Shown: positions 1 to 11,744, counted from the stretch's first letter. The stretch: 40,703 nt of DNA from Pseudonocardiaceae bacterium (GCA_035640615.1 DASQVU010000188.1:1-40703), one strand, 5' to 3'. Numbers and translations: made by a program. Notes: generated from the sequence alone by a model not told the origin.

Positions 1-2305
<2,305 letters not shown>

Positions 2306-2424
2306 GTCCCCCACCCTAATGCGCCGGCGCTGCGTACCGAGTGGGTTCAGCGGGGTTATCAGCGCGGAGAATCCCACTGAGCCCGCTGCTTGCGAGGCAC
2401 GCAACGGTCGTTACGCTCCGCTCG

Positions 2425-3717
2425 GTGTCGAGGTGGCGGATTGTCCTAATCGTGTTGGTGGGGACGCTGGCCTTGGGCGTTCCGTGGTCAGCGATGGCGG
2501 CGCCACCGCAACCGCCGCCTCCACCACCGTCGGCGTACCGGGTGACGGATGTGGGCAAGAACCCCGCAGCCCGCACTGCGATAGCGCGCCAGGGCGCTGA
2601 AATCCTCGGTGGCGGCCGCGACGGCCTAGAGATCTTGGCCACTCCGGCGCAGGTGGAGCGGTTGCGAGCCAGCGGGCTGCAGCTGGTGCCGCTGGCGACC
2701 GCGTCGTCACCAACCCCGGTCGGACCAGGCAAGTTCCCGATCGGGTACCAGGGCTACCACACTTATTCCGAGCTGACCACCGAGCTGGACGCGCTGGCCG
2801 CTGCGCATCCCAATCAGATCGCGGTGTCCAGTTACGGCAAATCGGTGCAGGGTCGCCCGCTGCTGCTGGTGAAGATCAGCGACGATGTACGTGCCGACAA
2901 GCACGAACCCGAGGTGCTGTTCACCTGCGCTCAGCACGCCCGCGAACATCTCACCGTCGAGATGTGCTTGCACATCGTGAAGCGGCTGGCCCAGGGTTAC
3001 GGCACCGATCCGACCATTACCCGGCTGGTGCGTTCCCGGGAGATCTGGGTAGCGCCGATGGTCAACCCGGACGGCGCCGAGTACGACATCTCCACCGGTC
3101 TGTTCGGGCTGTGGCGCAAGAACCGGCAACCGACCCCCGGGACCACCGACGTCGGGACGGACACCAACCGCAACTGGGGCGACGAGTGGGCCTGCTGCGG
3201 CGGTTCCAGCGCCAACCCGGCCAGCGACAGCTACCACGGCCCCGTTCCGTTCTCCGCGCCGGAGACCGCGCAGCTGCGAGATTGGGTGAACAGCCGGGTG
3301 GTCGGCGGGGTACAGCAGATCACCGCACACATCGACTTCCACAGCTTTTCCGAGCTGGTGCTGTGGCCTTATGGCTTCACGACCAACGACACCGGTCCGG
3401 GACTGAGCGCGTCCGACGCGGCGGCGTTCCGCAAACTTGGTGAAGCAATGGCGGCGACCAACGGCTACACGCCCGAGCAGTCCAGCCACCTGTATGTCAC
3501 GGATGGTTCGATCGGCGACTGGATGTGGGCCCAGCACCACATCTGGTCCTACACGCTGGAGATGTACCCGACCAGCCTGACGCAGGGCGGGTTCTATCCA
3601 CCGTCGAGCGTGATTGACCGCGAAACCACTCGCAACGACAAAGCGGTGGATCTGCTGCTGGACTATGCAGACTGCGTGCCACGGATCACCGGGGGAACCT
3701 GCCGCCCACGCCCATGA
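2425..3717 (+). CDS. secreted M14-family zinc carboxypeptidase
   Basis: It has the HAREH zinc motif (HxxE), NPDG, and a carboxypeptidase T-like core. The GTG at 2425 yields a signal-peptide-like N-terminus VSRWRIVLIVLVGTLALGVPWSAMA followed by a Pro-rich stretch. The longest ORF begins at 2341. Confidence 0.85.
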   Translation: MSRWRIVLIVLVGTLALGVPWSAMAAPPQPPPPPPSAYRVTDVGKNPAARTAIARQGAEILGGGRDGLEILATPAQVERLRASGLQLVPLATASSPTPVGPGKFPIGYQGYHTYSELTTELDALAAAHPNQIAVSSYGKSVQGRPLLLVKISDDVRADKHEPEVLFTCAQHAREHLTVEMCLHIVKRLAQGYGTDPTITRLVRSREIWVAPMVNPDGAEYDISTGLFGLWRKNRQPTPGTTDVGTDTNRNWGDEWACCGGSSANPASDSYHGPVPFSAPETAQLRDWVNSRVVGGVQQITAHIDFHSFSELVLWPYGFTTNDTGPGLSASDAAAFRKLGEAMAATNGYTPEQSSHLYVTDGSIGDWMWAQHHIWSYTLEMYPTSLTQGGFYPPSSVIDRETTRNDKAVDLLLDYADCVPRITGGTCRPRP

Positions 3718-3741
3718 GTTCGAGCGACGAGAGGACAGTCG

Positions 3742-3906
3742 ATGGCTTCTGACGTGGCGCGTGCGCTGGTCGCCCAGACTCCCAGCTACGAGTATCGCTC
3801 CACCGGCAAGCTGTGCGTGGTCTGTGGCGCAATCGTGGGCGATGTGCCCGGTGACGACCAGGTGCATGCGCGATGGCATGCAGCGCTCGCCGCACTACTC
3901 GTCTGA
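3742..3906 (+). CDS. small hypothetical protein (54 aa, one CxxC)
   Basis: An ATG is preceded by GAGAGGAC. It translates to MASDVARALVAQTPSYEYRSTGKLCVVCGAIVGDVPGDDQVHARWHAALAALLV with mostly G/C third positions. It is below the ORF-track length cutoff and I recognise no family. Confidence 0.3.
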   Translation: MASDVARALVAQTPSYEYRSTGKLCVVCGAIVGDVPGDDQVHARWHAALAALLV

Positions 3907-3947
3907 CGTTCCCACCGCCCACCCACATCCCCACGCCCAATCCCCAT

Positions 3948-4012
3948 CCCGACATGGAGACATATCGGGGTTGAAGGGAGCCTCTTAACCCCGATATGTC
4001 TCCATATCCGGG
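3948..4012. repeat. palindromic intergenic element, copy 2
   Basis: CCCGACATGGAGACATATCGGGGTT (3948-3972) pairs with AACCCCGATATGTCTCCATATCCGGG (3987-4012). It shares the core of copy 1. An alternative pairing exists between CTCTTAACCC (3982-3991) and GGGTTAAGAG (4010-4019). Confidence 0.8.
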
Positions 4013-4040
4013 TTAAGAGTCCGCGGTTAAGAATTCGGCG

Positions 4041-4919
4041 TTACGACAGGTCCAGGCCGAGGTCCAGAGCTGGGGCTGAGTGGGTCAGGGCGCCTACTGA
4101 GAGGTAACGCACGCCGGTCTCGGCGTAGGCCCGAGCGACCTCCAGCGTCAGGCCGCCGGAGGCCTCCAGCTCCGTTGCCGAACCCGCGGCGCGGCGGACT
4201 GCCTCGGCGCACTGCGCCACCGTCATGTTGTCCAGGAGCACCAGGGAAGCCCCCGCCGCCAACGCCTCGTCCAGCTCTTCCAATGTCCCGACCTCCACCT
4301 CGCAGGGCAGCTGCGGGGCAGCCGCCCGAACGGCCGCGATGGCCGCGGTCACCGACCCGGCAGCGGCCAGGTGATTGTCTTTGATCAGCACGGCGTCACC
4401 CAGCCCCATCCGGTGGTTGACCCCGCCACCGCAGCGCACCGCGTACTTCTGCAGCGTGCGCAGGCCCGGCAGGGTTTTTCGGGAGTCCCGAACCGACGCT
4501 CCGGTACCGGCCACCGCATCGACCCAGGCTGCGGTGACAGTGGCTACCCCGGACAGGTGAGACAGCACGTTGAGCGCGGTGCGCTCGGCGGTGAGCAGTC
4601 CAGCAACCGGGGCGCGAACGGCGACGGCGATATCCCTCGCGGCTAGCCGATCGCCATCCTGGCGCTGGCTGATGATCTCGTACCCGTCAATGCCCAGCAC
4701 CGCGTCGAGAACGGCAAGGAAAACCGGCAGTCCGGCCAGCAGGCCGGGCGCGCGTGATGAGACGGTGGCCGTGGCGATCGCACCGGCGGGCACGCAGGCG
4801 GCCGTGGTCGCGTCGGGACCGTAGCGGAGGTCTTCTTCCAGCGCGGTGGCGACAACCCGGTTCACGTCGTCGGTATCGAGGTTCCCATCAAAGGCCGCGG
4901 TAGCGACGCCGATGCTCAC
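4041..4919 (-). CDS. nadC: nicotinate-nucleotide diphosphorylase (quinolinate phosphoribosyltransferase)
   Basis: The 292-aa ORF looks like typical NadC (RKTLPGLR, AVLIKDNH, LLDNM). Its GTG start overlaps the nadB stop (GTGA at 4916-4919). Confidence 0.95.
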   Translation of the reverse strand: MSIGVATAAFDGNLDTDDVNRVVATALEEDLRYGPDATTAACVPAGAIATATVSSRAPGLLAGLPVFLAVLDAVLGIDGYEIISQRQDGDRLAARDIAVAVRAPVAGLLTAERTALNVLSHLSGVATVTAAWVDAVAGTGASVRDSRKTLPGLRTLQKYAVRCGGGVNHRMGLGDAVLIKDNHLAAAGSVTAAIAAVRAAAPQLPCEVEVGTLEELDEALAAGASLVLLDNMTVAQCAEAVRRAAGSATELEASGGLTLEVARAYAETGVRYLSVGALTHSAPALDLGLDLS

Positions 4920-6499
4920 GCTGCACCTCCGACCAGCGCGGAGGTGAGCGGCACCGGGGCTCCGGTGTCATCGAGCACCACGGCGATGCTGCGTCGCCAG
5001 CGCGCCGCGGTACGCGGGTGGTCGGTGCGCAGGTGACAACCACGACTCTCGGTGCGTACTGTCGCGGCCGCGAGTACGGCAGCAGCGGCCAGGGTCAGCG
5101 CAGCATCCTCAGCGTCACGGGCCGTCCGGAGCGGCCGTCGGGTGGTGGCCGCCACGACCGCTGAGGCGGTAGCCAGCCCGGCAGCATCCCGCCCGATCCC
5201 CGCATGCGCACTCATCGACCGCTGCACCGACTCGCGGTCAGCGATTTGGCGTATCGAGCAGGGCGGGGACGGTGGCCCCGGGCGCGGGAGCATCCCGAGG
5301 TCGGCGGCCACCGCCTCCGCGGATCGGGTGCCCAGCACCAGCGCTTCCAGCAGGCTGTTAGAGGCGAGCCGGTTCGCACCGTGCAAACCGGTGCGGGCCA
5401 GCTCGCCGGCGGCGTAGAGCCCGGGAACTGTGGTGCGGCCGCTGATGTCCGTGACCACCCCGCCACACTGGTAATGCGCCGCAGGGGCTACCGGAATCGG
5501 CATGCGGCCCGGATCCACGCCAATTGCCGTACACGCCGCATGCACCGTCGGGAAGCGGCTACGCAGGAAGGCGCCGCCGAGGTGCGTGGCGTCGAGCAAC
5601 ACATGGTCGCTACCGGTCGCAGCCATTCGGCTGGTGATCGCTGCGGCCACGACGTCCCGCGGCGCGAGCCCCCCGAGGGGATGCACGCCGGTCATCACCG
5701 GTGCGCCGGTGGTATCCAGCAGGACCGCACCCTCGCCCCGGATCGCCTCGGTAACCAGGGGCTGGCGCCCCCGCGAGTCGGGCCCGACATACAGCGCTGT
5801 CGGGTGGAATTGCACGAATTCGAGATCGGCGGTCGTCGCGCCGGCCCGCAACGCCAGCGCCAGCCCGTCGCCGGTGGCCACATCGGCGTTGGTGCTGACG
5901 GCGTAGAGCTGGCCGAGGCCCCCGGTGGCGAGCAGGACTGCGCGGGCCCGTAGCACACCGCCACCGAGCAGCGCCACTCCGGCCACCCGGGCGGCATCGT
6001 CGAACAGCACATCGGTCACCGGGTGGCCTTCCAGCAACGGCAGCTCCCTGCCGCGGGCTGCGCCGGCCAGCACCCGCTCGATCTCGGCCCCGGTGGCGTC
6101 ACCCCCGGCGTGGATCACCCGGAACGCCTGGTGCCCACCCTCCCGGGTGCGCTCCAGTTCCGTGGTTCCGCCGTCGAACCGGGCGCCGCGGGATCGCAGG
6201 GCAGCGACCGCGGCCGGGCCGGCGGCCAGGATCGCTCGAACAGCGCTCTCATCGCACAGCCCGGCACCAGCCGTGAGGGTGTCGTTGGCGTGCGCGTCTA
6301 CGCTGTCAGCGATGTCCGGGGTGCCCGGCAGCACCACCGCTACGCCGCCCTGAGCCCACCGGGTGTTGCCGTCCTCGACCGTGGTCTTGGTCACGATGAG
6401 CACCCGCAGGCCGAGTTCAGCGGCGCGCAGAGCGGCAGTCAACCCGGCCACGCCGGTGCCGACCACAGCGAGATCCGCAGTGGCTTCCCATGGGCTCAT
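4916..6499 (-). CDS. nadB: L-aspartate oxidase
   Basis: The 527-aa ORF has an N-terminal FAD fold ([12 protein letters not shown]), HYQCGG and RLASNSLLE motifs. Its ATG overlaps the nadA stop (ATGA at 6496-6499). Confidence 0.95.
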   Translation of the reverse strand: MSPWEATADLAVVGTGVAGLTAALRAAELGLRVLIVTKTTVEDGNTRWAQGGVAVVLPGTPDIADSVDAHANDTLTAGAGLCDESAVRAILAAGPAAVAALRSRGARFDGGTTELERTREGGHQAFRVIHAGGDATGAEIERVLAGAARGRELPLLEGHPVTDVLFDDAARVAGVALLGGGVLRARAVLLATGGLGQLYAVSTNADVATGDGLALALRAGATTADLEFVQFHPTALYVGPDSRGRQPLVTEAIRGEGAVLLDTTGAPVMTGVHPLGGLAPRDVVAAAITSRMAATGSDHVLLDATHLGGAFLRSRFPTVHAACTAIGVDPGRMPIPVAPAAHYQCGGVVTDISGRTTVPGLYAAGELARTGLHGANRLASNSLLEALVLGTRSAEAVAADLGMLPRPGPPSPPCSIRQIADRESVQRSMSAHAGIGRDAAGLATASAVVAATTRRPLRTARDAEDAALTLAAAAVLAAATVRTESRGCHLRTDHPRTAARWRRSIAVVLDDTGAPVPLTSALVGGAA

Positions 6500-7512
6500 T
6501 CGCCGCCACCCGGCTGACCGATGGCGATCATGCGCTGCACCGCGCCGCGGGCCCGCTCGGCGATCTCAGCGGGAACGTCTACTTCGTCGGTGCCTTCACG
6601 CAGGCAGCGCAGCAACGCCTCCGGAGTGATCATCTTCATGTAACGGCAGGACGCCCGGTCGTTCACCGCCCGGAAATCGACCCCGGGCGCAGCCCGCCTC
6701 AGCTGATGCAACATGCCGACTTCGGTGGCCACCAGCACCTCGCGCGCCCCGGTGGCCCGGGCGGCGTCGAGCATGCCACCGGTGGACAGGATCCGTACCC
6801 GCTCAGCAGGCACCGCTCCCTGGCCGGCGAGATACAGCGCGCTGGTCGCGCAGCCACATTCAGGATGGATGTAGAGCTCGGCATCCGGGGCGGCGGCCGC
6901 TTTGGCCGCCAGTTGGGTGCCGTTGATGCCGGCGTGCACGTGGCATTCCCCCGCCCAGATATGCAGGTTGCGCCGACCGGTGATGCGCTGCACATGCGCA
7001 CCGAGGAACTGATCGGGCAAAAACAACACGGTGCGCTCGGCCGGAATCGAGTCGACCACCTCCACGGCGTTGGACGACGTGCAGCAGATGTCGGTCTCAG
7101 CTTTGACTTCCGCAGTGGTGTTCACATAAGCCACCACGACCGCCCCGGGATACTCACGTTTCCAGGCCCGCAGCTGCTTGGCATCGATCGAGTCGGCCAG
7201 CGAACATCCCGCCCGCGCATCCGGGATAAGGACCGTCTTGTCCGGGGCTAGGATCTTCGCGGTCTCGGCCATGAAGTGCACGCCGCAGAACACGATGGTG
7301 CTCGCCGGGCAGCGGGCGGCGACGCGCGACAGTGCCAGCGAGTCCCCGACATGATCGGCGACGTCCTGGATCTCCGGCAGCTGGTAGTTGTGCGCCAGCA
7401 GCACCGCATCGCGCTGGTCGGCGAGCGCCCGCACCTGCGCGCACCACGCGCTATCGATCTCCGGCCCCAGGCGGCCCGTGTCGGTACGCTCCGGTGCGGC
7501 AATAGCGGTCAT
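6496..7512 (-). CDS. nadA: quinolinate synthase
   Basis: NadA motifs are present ([25 protein letters not shown]). The ATG at 7512 ([11 protein letters not shown]) is preceded by GAGGAGG. The longer ORF to 7665 would run through the divergent regulator gene. Confidence 0.95.
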   Translation of the reverse strand: MTAIAAPERTDTGRLGPEIDSAWCAQVRALADQRDAVLLAHNYQLPEIQDVADHVGDSLALSRVAARCPASTIVFCGVHFMAETAKILAPDKTVLIPDARAGCSLADSIDAKQLRAWKREYPGAVVVAYVNTTAEVKAETDICCTSSNAVEVVDSIPAERTVLFLPDQFLGAHVQRITGRRNLHIWAGECHVHAGINGTQLAAKAAAAPDAELYIHPECGCATSALYLAGQGAVPAERVRILSTGGMLDAARATGAREVLVATEVGMLHQLRRAAPGVDFRAVNDRASCRYMKMITPEALLRCLREGTDEVDVPAEIAERARGAVQRMIAIGQPGGGE

Positions 7513-7549
7513 ATCGCCTCCTCGCCAGCGCCTGCTGGCCCGTGCCCCA

Positions 7550-7572
7550 GTTTTCGCCTTACAATCGAAAAC
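7550..7572. promoter_or_regulatory. palindrome GTTTTCG-N9-CGAAAAC in the nadA/nrtR divergent region, with an embedded TACAAT -10-like box; candidate NrtR operator
   Basis: Perfect 7-bp inverted arms lie at 7550-7556 and 7566-7572. TACAAT at 7559-7564 ends 8 nt before the GTG at 7573, roughly the spacing expected for a leaderless transcript. Confidence 0.4.
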
Positions 7573-8274
7573 GTGAATCATAACAGCGTTGGGCTCGCGG
7601 TGCACGAAGTTCTCGCTGCGGTGCTGCAGGTCCGCAACAACAAGCTGCAGGTGCTGCTGTGGCAACGCGCCATCGAGCCCGACGCCGGACGCTGGGCATT
7701 GCCAGGCGGCCGCCTCGGTGATTCTGAGGACGTACAGGCGTCAGTGCTGCGCCAGCTGGCCGAGAAGGTGGACGTTCGTGAGGTGGCGCACGTCGAGCAG
7801 CTTGGGGTGTTCAGCGCGCCCGACCGGATGCCGCAGCGGCGCACGGTGGCCACCGCGTTTCTCGGGCTGGTTCCCTGCGTCGCCGACCCCGCGCTGCCGC
7901 CCGACACGGCGTGGCATCCGGTGGCGGATCTTCTGGGCGGCTCGTTATGTACCGCTTTCGACCATGGCCTGATCGTGCGGCGAGCCCGCGACCGGCTGCG
8001 GGCCAAGCTGTCTTACACCAATCTCGGGTTTGCGCTGGCCGCCCCGGAGTTCACGGTGTCGGCACTACGTGCCATCTACTCGGCTGCGCTGGGCTACCGG
8101 GTATCGGCGACCAACCTGCAACGGGTACTGGCCCGCCGCGGGGTGCTGGTCCCCACCGGCGGGACCGCCGCCCCGGGGCCTTCCGGTGGGCGGCCCGCAG
8201 CGGTGTATCGCTTCGCCGAACACGATATCCGCGTCACTGACCCGTTCGCCGTATTACGGCCCCCAGAGTCCTGA
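7573..8274 (+). CDS. nrtR: Nudix-related transcriptional regulator (NrtR-like; Rv1593c-like position)
   Basis: It has an N-terminal Nudix fold ([25 protein letters not shown]) and a C-terminal winged-helix-like region. It is divergent from nadABC. The GTG at 7573 is in frame with the longer shadow ORF 7276..8274. Confidence 0.75.
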   Translation: MNHNSVGLAVHEVLAAVLQVRNNKLQVLLWQRAIEPDAGRWALPGGRLGDSEDVQASVLRQLAEKVDVREVAHVEQLGVFSAPDRMPQRRTVATAFLGLVPCVADPALPPDTAWHPVADLLGGSLCTAFDHGLIVRRARDRLRAKLSYTNLGFALAAPEFTVSALRAIYSAALGYRVSATNLQRVLARRGVLVPTGGTAAPGPSGGRPAAVYRFAEHDIRVTDPFAVLRPPES

Positions 8275-8322
8275 CGAGCGCTTTCGTTCGCGGATCGGCC
8301 CGCGGCGCCGTAACGTTAGCGT

Positions 8323-8991
8323 GTGGCCGAGACCGTCCCACTGTTCCCGTTGGGCACCGTGTTGCTCCCGGGCGCATCGCTTCCGCTGCACATCTTCGAG
8401 CCACGCTACCGCCAGCTGACCATCGACTTGGTCACCGGTGCGGTCCCGGGCCGCAGCTTCGGGGTGATCGCGGTCAAGCAGGGCCTGGAAACTGTCGAGG
8501 AAACTCACAACATCGGATGTACCGCGGTGCTCCGCGAAGCCCGCCGACTTCCCGACGGCCGTTTCGACATCGTCACTCGCGGCGAGAAACGGTTCCGCCT
8601 GCTGGATGTCGACAACACCTCGGCGCCCTACCTGGTGGGCACCATCGAGTGGGTTCCTGACGACGAGCCACCCGCAGAACAGTCGATGCTCGTGCCAGCG
8701 CTGGCCGCCGCGGCCCGGGAGGCCCACAGGCAGTACTGCTGGGCAGCGTGGCAGCACGGGGACTGGAAAGAACCCAGCGAAGACGTCGACATCGCCACGC
8801 TCGCGCACCTGCTCGCCGCCGACTGCCTGCTGACCCTGGAGGACCGGCAAGCTGTACTGGAGGAATGCGACCCGGTAGACCGGCTCCGGTTAGTACGCAA
8901 CCTCCTGATTCGGGAGGCAGCGTTCCTGCGGGCGCTGCGCGCAGTGCCGGTCCCGTTGAACCAGTTCGCCGAGAAGGCCAGTCAGAATTAA
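8323..8991 (+). CDS. LON N-terminal (substrate-binding, PUA-like) domain protein
   Basis: The N-terminus PLFPLGTVLLPGASLPLHIFEPRYRQL is the hallmark of the Lon N-terminal domain family. The ORF is 222 aa. Confidence 0.8.
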   Translation: MAETVPLFPLGTVLLPGASLPLHIFEPRYRQLTIDLVTGAVPGRSFGVIAVKQGLETVEETHNIGCTAVLREARRLPDGRFDIVTRGEKRFRLLDVDNTSAPYLVGTIEWVPDDEPPAEQSMLVPALAAAAREAHRQYCWAAWQHGDWKEPSEDVDIATLAHLLAADCLLTLEDRQAVLEECDPVDRLRLVRNLLIREAAFLRALRAVPVPLNQFAEKASQN

Positions 8992-9536
8992 GCCCCGCGC
9001 CACTCCCGGCTCCATGCCGCGCTGATGCAGTAGCTGACGGCCGCCCCAAAAGGCTGCGCGATGATCACCCAACGGGACTCCAAGACCGGCGGGCGAGGGT
9101 ACGGCGCGCCACTGGCAGCTAGATCGGGATAACGGGCAGCGACCACCCACAGGCCAATACGCAGAGCCAGCCAAGCCGCGAGCAATGATCCCAGCACGGC
9201 GGCGAGCACGATCAGCGGTCCGCGTCGGCGCCGATACAGCCACAGCCCAGCACCCGTGAGCACCCCGGCGGCCAAGCCGAACAGCAGGAACGTAGCCATG
9301 TCGTCGAAGCGGTGTTCGCTTTGCCCGATGAAAGGCAAGACACCACCAGGTGCCGGCGCCAGGGGCGATCGCGCGACGAACTCGGGCGGCGCCAGCCAGG
9401 CCCACAGCAGGCCCAGCGGAACGCCCAGCAAAGCCACCGTACCCAGCACACCTAGAGCGGGCCGCAGATCGGCGCGGACCACTGCAGGAGTGGCCGGTCC
9501 CGGAGCCGGCATTGTCTGCACCTGCACCGCCTTCAC
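8988..9536 (-). CDS. integral membrane protein (Rv1591-like position downstream of bioB-bsaP)
   Basis: Several hydrophobic helices are visible ([64 protein letters not shown]). The GTG at 9536 overlaps the upstream stop (GTGA). The longest ORF extends to 9629. Confidence 0.6.
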   Translation of the reverse strand: MKAVQVQTMPAPGPATPAVVRADLRPALGVLGTVALLGVPLGLLWAWLAPPEFVARSPLAPAPGGVLPFIGQSEHRFDDMATFLLFGLAAGVLTGAGLWLYRRRRGPLIVLAAVLGSLLAAWLALRIGLWVVAARYPDLAASGAPYPRPPVLESRWVIIAQPFGAAVSYCISAAWSREWRGA

Positions 9537-9718
9537 CCTGACCCTGGGTAGCTGCCGTGCGCACTGCACCGGGCCGACCAGCCGGCCGGCATCACTTGCA
9601 CCACCATGCGGCCCGCGCACTGCGGGCAATACCGGGGCGGCTCCAGGCCACGGCGGTGAGCGCAGTGGGCATGGTCTGTCTCGCTGGCTGGACGCCCGCA
9701 GACGTCGCAGAAGATCAC
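9533..9718 (-). CDS. bsaP: small Cys/His-rich protein downstream of bioB; biotin synthase auxiliary protein (Rv1590/BsaP-like)
   Basis: The 61-aa product reads [37 protein letters not shown]. Its ATG overlaps the bioB stop (ATGA at 9715-9718). Position and size match the mycobacterial bioB-adjacent auxiliary gene. Confidence 0.65.
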   Translation of the reverse strand: MIFCDVCGRPASETDHAHCAHRRGLEPPRYCPQCAGRMVVQVMPAGWSARCSAHGSYPGSG

Positions 9719-10731
9719 AGCGTCTGGCCCAGCGCTTTGATCGGCATCCGCAGGTCGGTGAGCATGTCCAGATCTGCCTGCGCGGGCCGGCCGAGATTCG
9801 TCAGGTAGTTACCCACGATGATTGCGTTAATTCCACCCAGCATGCCCCGCTCGGCGCCCAGATCGCCGAGGGTGAGCTCACGACCACCGGCGAAGCGCAG
9901 GATCGTGCGCGGCAGCGCTAGCCGGAACGCCGCGACGGTCTTGAGCGCCTCCGCCCCGGCCACCACGTCGTGGTTCTCATATGGCGTGCCCGGCTGCGGG
10001 ATCAAGAAGTTCATCGGCACCTCGTCGGGGTCCAACAAAGCGAGCTGGGCGGCGAACTCGGCGCGCTGGGCCAGCGTCTCCCCCAGCCCGATGATGCCGC
10101 CGCAACAGACTTCCATCCCGGCTTCGCGCACCATCTGCAGCGTCCGGAAACGCTCCTCCCAGGTGTGCGTGGTCACGACGGACGGGAAGTACGAACGCGC
10201 CGTCTCCAGGTTGTGGTTGTAGCGGTGCACCCCAATGGTGGCCAGCTCGTCCACCTGGTCTTGGGTGAGCATGCCCAGTGAGCAGGCGATGTTGAGGTGC
10301 GCAGTTTCGGGTTCATTGCGGATCGCCTCGACACCGGCTTTGACCTGAGACATCAACCGCCGGTCCGGTCCGCGCACGGCGGCGACGATGCAGAACTCGG
10401 TGGCTCCGGTGGCTGCGGTCTGCTTAGCGGCCTCGACCAGGCCGGGGATGTCCAGCCACGCTGCGCGCACCGGCGTGTCGAAGCGACCCGACTGCGAGCA
10501 GAAGTGGCAATCCTCCGGGCAGCCGCCGGTCTTGACGCTGACGATGCCCTCGACCTCGACCTCCGGACCGCACCAGCACATCCGCACTTCGTGGGCCAGC
10601 GCGAGTAGCTCTTCCAACCGGTCGTCCGGTAGTTGCAAGACGGCGAGGACTTCTGGCTCAGAAAGCCCGGTTCCGTGCCGGAGAACCCGCTGTCGGGCGA
10701 CGGCTAATACGTCGACCTGCGACCGAGTCAC
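9715..10731 (-). CDS. bioB: biotin synthase
   Basis: It has the radical-SAM motif [11 protein letters not shown] and a typical BioB core. The GTG start is preceded by GAGAGGAG. Confidence 0.95.
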   Translation of the reverse strand: MTRSQVDVLAVARQRVLRHGTGLSEPEVLAVLQLPDDRLEELLALAHEVRMCWCGPEVEVEGIVSVKTGGCPEDCHFCSQSGRFDTPVRAAWLDIPGLVEAAKQTAATGATEFCIVAAVRGPDRRLMSQVKAGVEAIRNEPETAHLNIACSLGMLTQDQVDELATIGVHRYNHNLETARSYFPSVVTTHTWEERFRTLQMVREAGMEVCCGGIIGLGETLAQRAEFAAQLALLDPDEVPMNFLIPQPGTPYENHDVVAGAEALKTVAAFRLALPRTILRFAGGRELTLGDLGAERGMLGGINAIIVGNYLTNLGRPAQADLDMLTDLRMPIKALGQTL

Positions 10732-10783
10732 GGATTACTCCTCTCGACGGCGGTGCCTCCGCCAGTCTGCCGCACCGGTCGGT

Positions 10784-11091
10784 TCAGCCGGCGGCTGCGT
10801 TGCGGATCCAGTCGGCCACTTCGCCCATCTTCGTACTCACCAGCTCGGCTTGTTCCGGTGCCACGAGGATGTGCCTGCCGCGCGAGTCGATGATCAGCAC
10901 GTTCGGCAGCCGCACGACGAGGGTGACCGGCCCGGCTTATCGCCGTTCGCTGGGATCTGCCAGGTCTTCTCTACCACCATCTCGCTGGTGGCCCTTGCCA
11001 ACGGGTCCATACCGGATTCATTGCAAGTAGCACAAGCAATGATTCGGTCGGGTGATTGGCTGAGATCAACTGCCGGTGCATAGTCGCGCAT
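10784..11091 (-). pseudogene. possible frameshifted or remnant thioredoxin-fold gene (CxxC N-part, TlpA-like C-part)
   Basis: The C-terminal frame PVTLVVRLPNVLIIDSRGRHILVAPEQAELVSTKMGEVADWIRNAAAG has very high GC3 and opens right after a TAA. A candidate N-part (MRDYAP..IIACATCNESG..) lies in a frame offset by one nucleotide and has poor GC3. The frames would have to join in the CCGGGCC run near 10930. Confidence 0.35.
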
Positions 11092-11467
11092 GCCCGGTAA
11101 CCCGCACACCTCGGTACGCTCCCGCCAGGTGGCCGCCGCGTTGCGCGAGCTACGCGAGCGCGCCGGGCTCTCCGGTGCGGAAGTGGCTAAGCGGATGGGC
11201 ATGTCACCCAGCAAGATCAGCCGGATCGAGACCGGCAACAGTGGACTGCAAATCGAGGACGTCGCGGCACTGTTGGGTCTCTACCAGGTGCCCGCGTCCA
11301 CCCGCGACGAACTGCTCGACCTGGTTCGACGGTCCGAGGAACGCGGATGGTGGACGCGCCAGCCGGGGCTGCCCCAGCTGTGGCACAGGCGGATCTGGCC
11401 GCCTACCGGCTCGCTCTCGGGACTATCCTGCATACAGCCCTTGCACCTGCTGCAACGGCCGAGCTGA
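11090..11467 (+). CDS. XRE-family HTH protein of the WhiJ/Scr1 type, apparently truncated by internal deletion plus frame change
   Basis: The HTH reads LRELRERAGLSGAEVAKRMGMSPSKISRIETGN and is followed by ..ERGWW. The usual roughly 150-aa DUF5753-type body is missing. A C-terminal-tail-like peptide (AQADLAAYRLALGTILHTALAPAATAELIRQVAAELR) sits in another frame and ends at 11496. Confidence 0.6.
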   Translation: MPGNPHTSVRSRQVAAALRELRERAGLSGAEVAKRMGMSPSKISRIETGNSGLQIEDVAALLGLYQVPASTRDELLDLVRRSEERGWWTRQPGLPQLWHRRIWPPTGSLSGLSCIQPLHLLQRPS

Positions 11468-11543
11468 TCAGGCAGGTCGCCGCCGAACTCCGCTAACGCC
11501 GCAGGGCCTCGTAGGGCTTTATGAGTACCGGAGAGGAACCGCG

Positions 11544-11744
11544 ATGCCCCCGCTGAGCCTCGGCGGCGCCCGCTGGCGAAAGAGTAGCCGCAGCACCGAT
11601 AACGCGAACTGCGTGGAAGTCGCCGTGACTGTTGGCACCGTTGCCGTGCGCGACTCCAAGAACCCGGCCGGCAGCGTGCTGGCCGTCCCCGCACCCGCTT
11701 GGGTCGCCTTCACCACCGCCGTCCGCACCGGCGAACTCGGCTGA
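11544..11744 (+). CDS. DUF397 domain protein
   Basis: The 66-aa product reads RWRKSSRSTDNANCVEVAV..VAVRDSKNPAG..L.V....W..F, the DUF397 signature. The ATG is preceded by GGAGAGGA. This is the usual partner of WhiJ-type XRE regulators. Confidence 0.8.
   Translation: MPPLSLGGARWRKSSRSTDNANCVEVAVTVGTVAVRDSKNPAGSVLAVPAPAWVAFTTAVRTGELG

Noticed and set aside
6496-7665. N-terminal extensions of the longest ORFs for nadA (to 7665), hisD (to 2404), ADH (to 27400), mimB (to 32001), mimC (to 30923), mimA (to 33705), paralog 1 (to 34266) and DoxX (from 22628).
   Set aside because: Internal starts carry proper SD sequences and reproduce the conserved N-termini. The extensions overlap neighbouring genes or encode implausible Arg/Cys/Trp-rich peptides.
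10732-10800. A possible BioQ/BirA-type operator upstream of bioB (TGAAC half-site in CTGAACCGACCGGTG on the coding strand).
   Set aside because: Only one half-site is present. The partner GTTCA of the TGAAC-N3-GTTCA palindrome, as I recall it, is absent.
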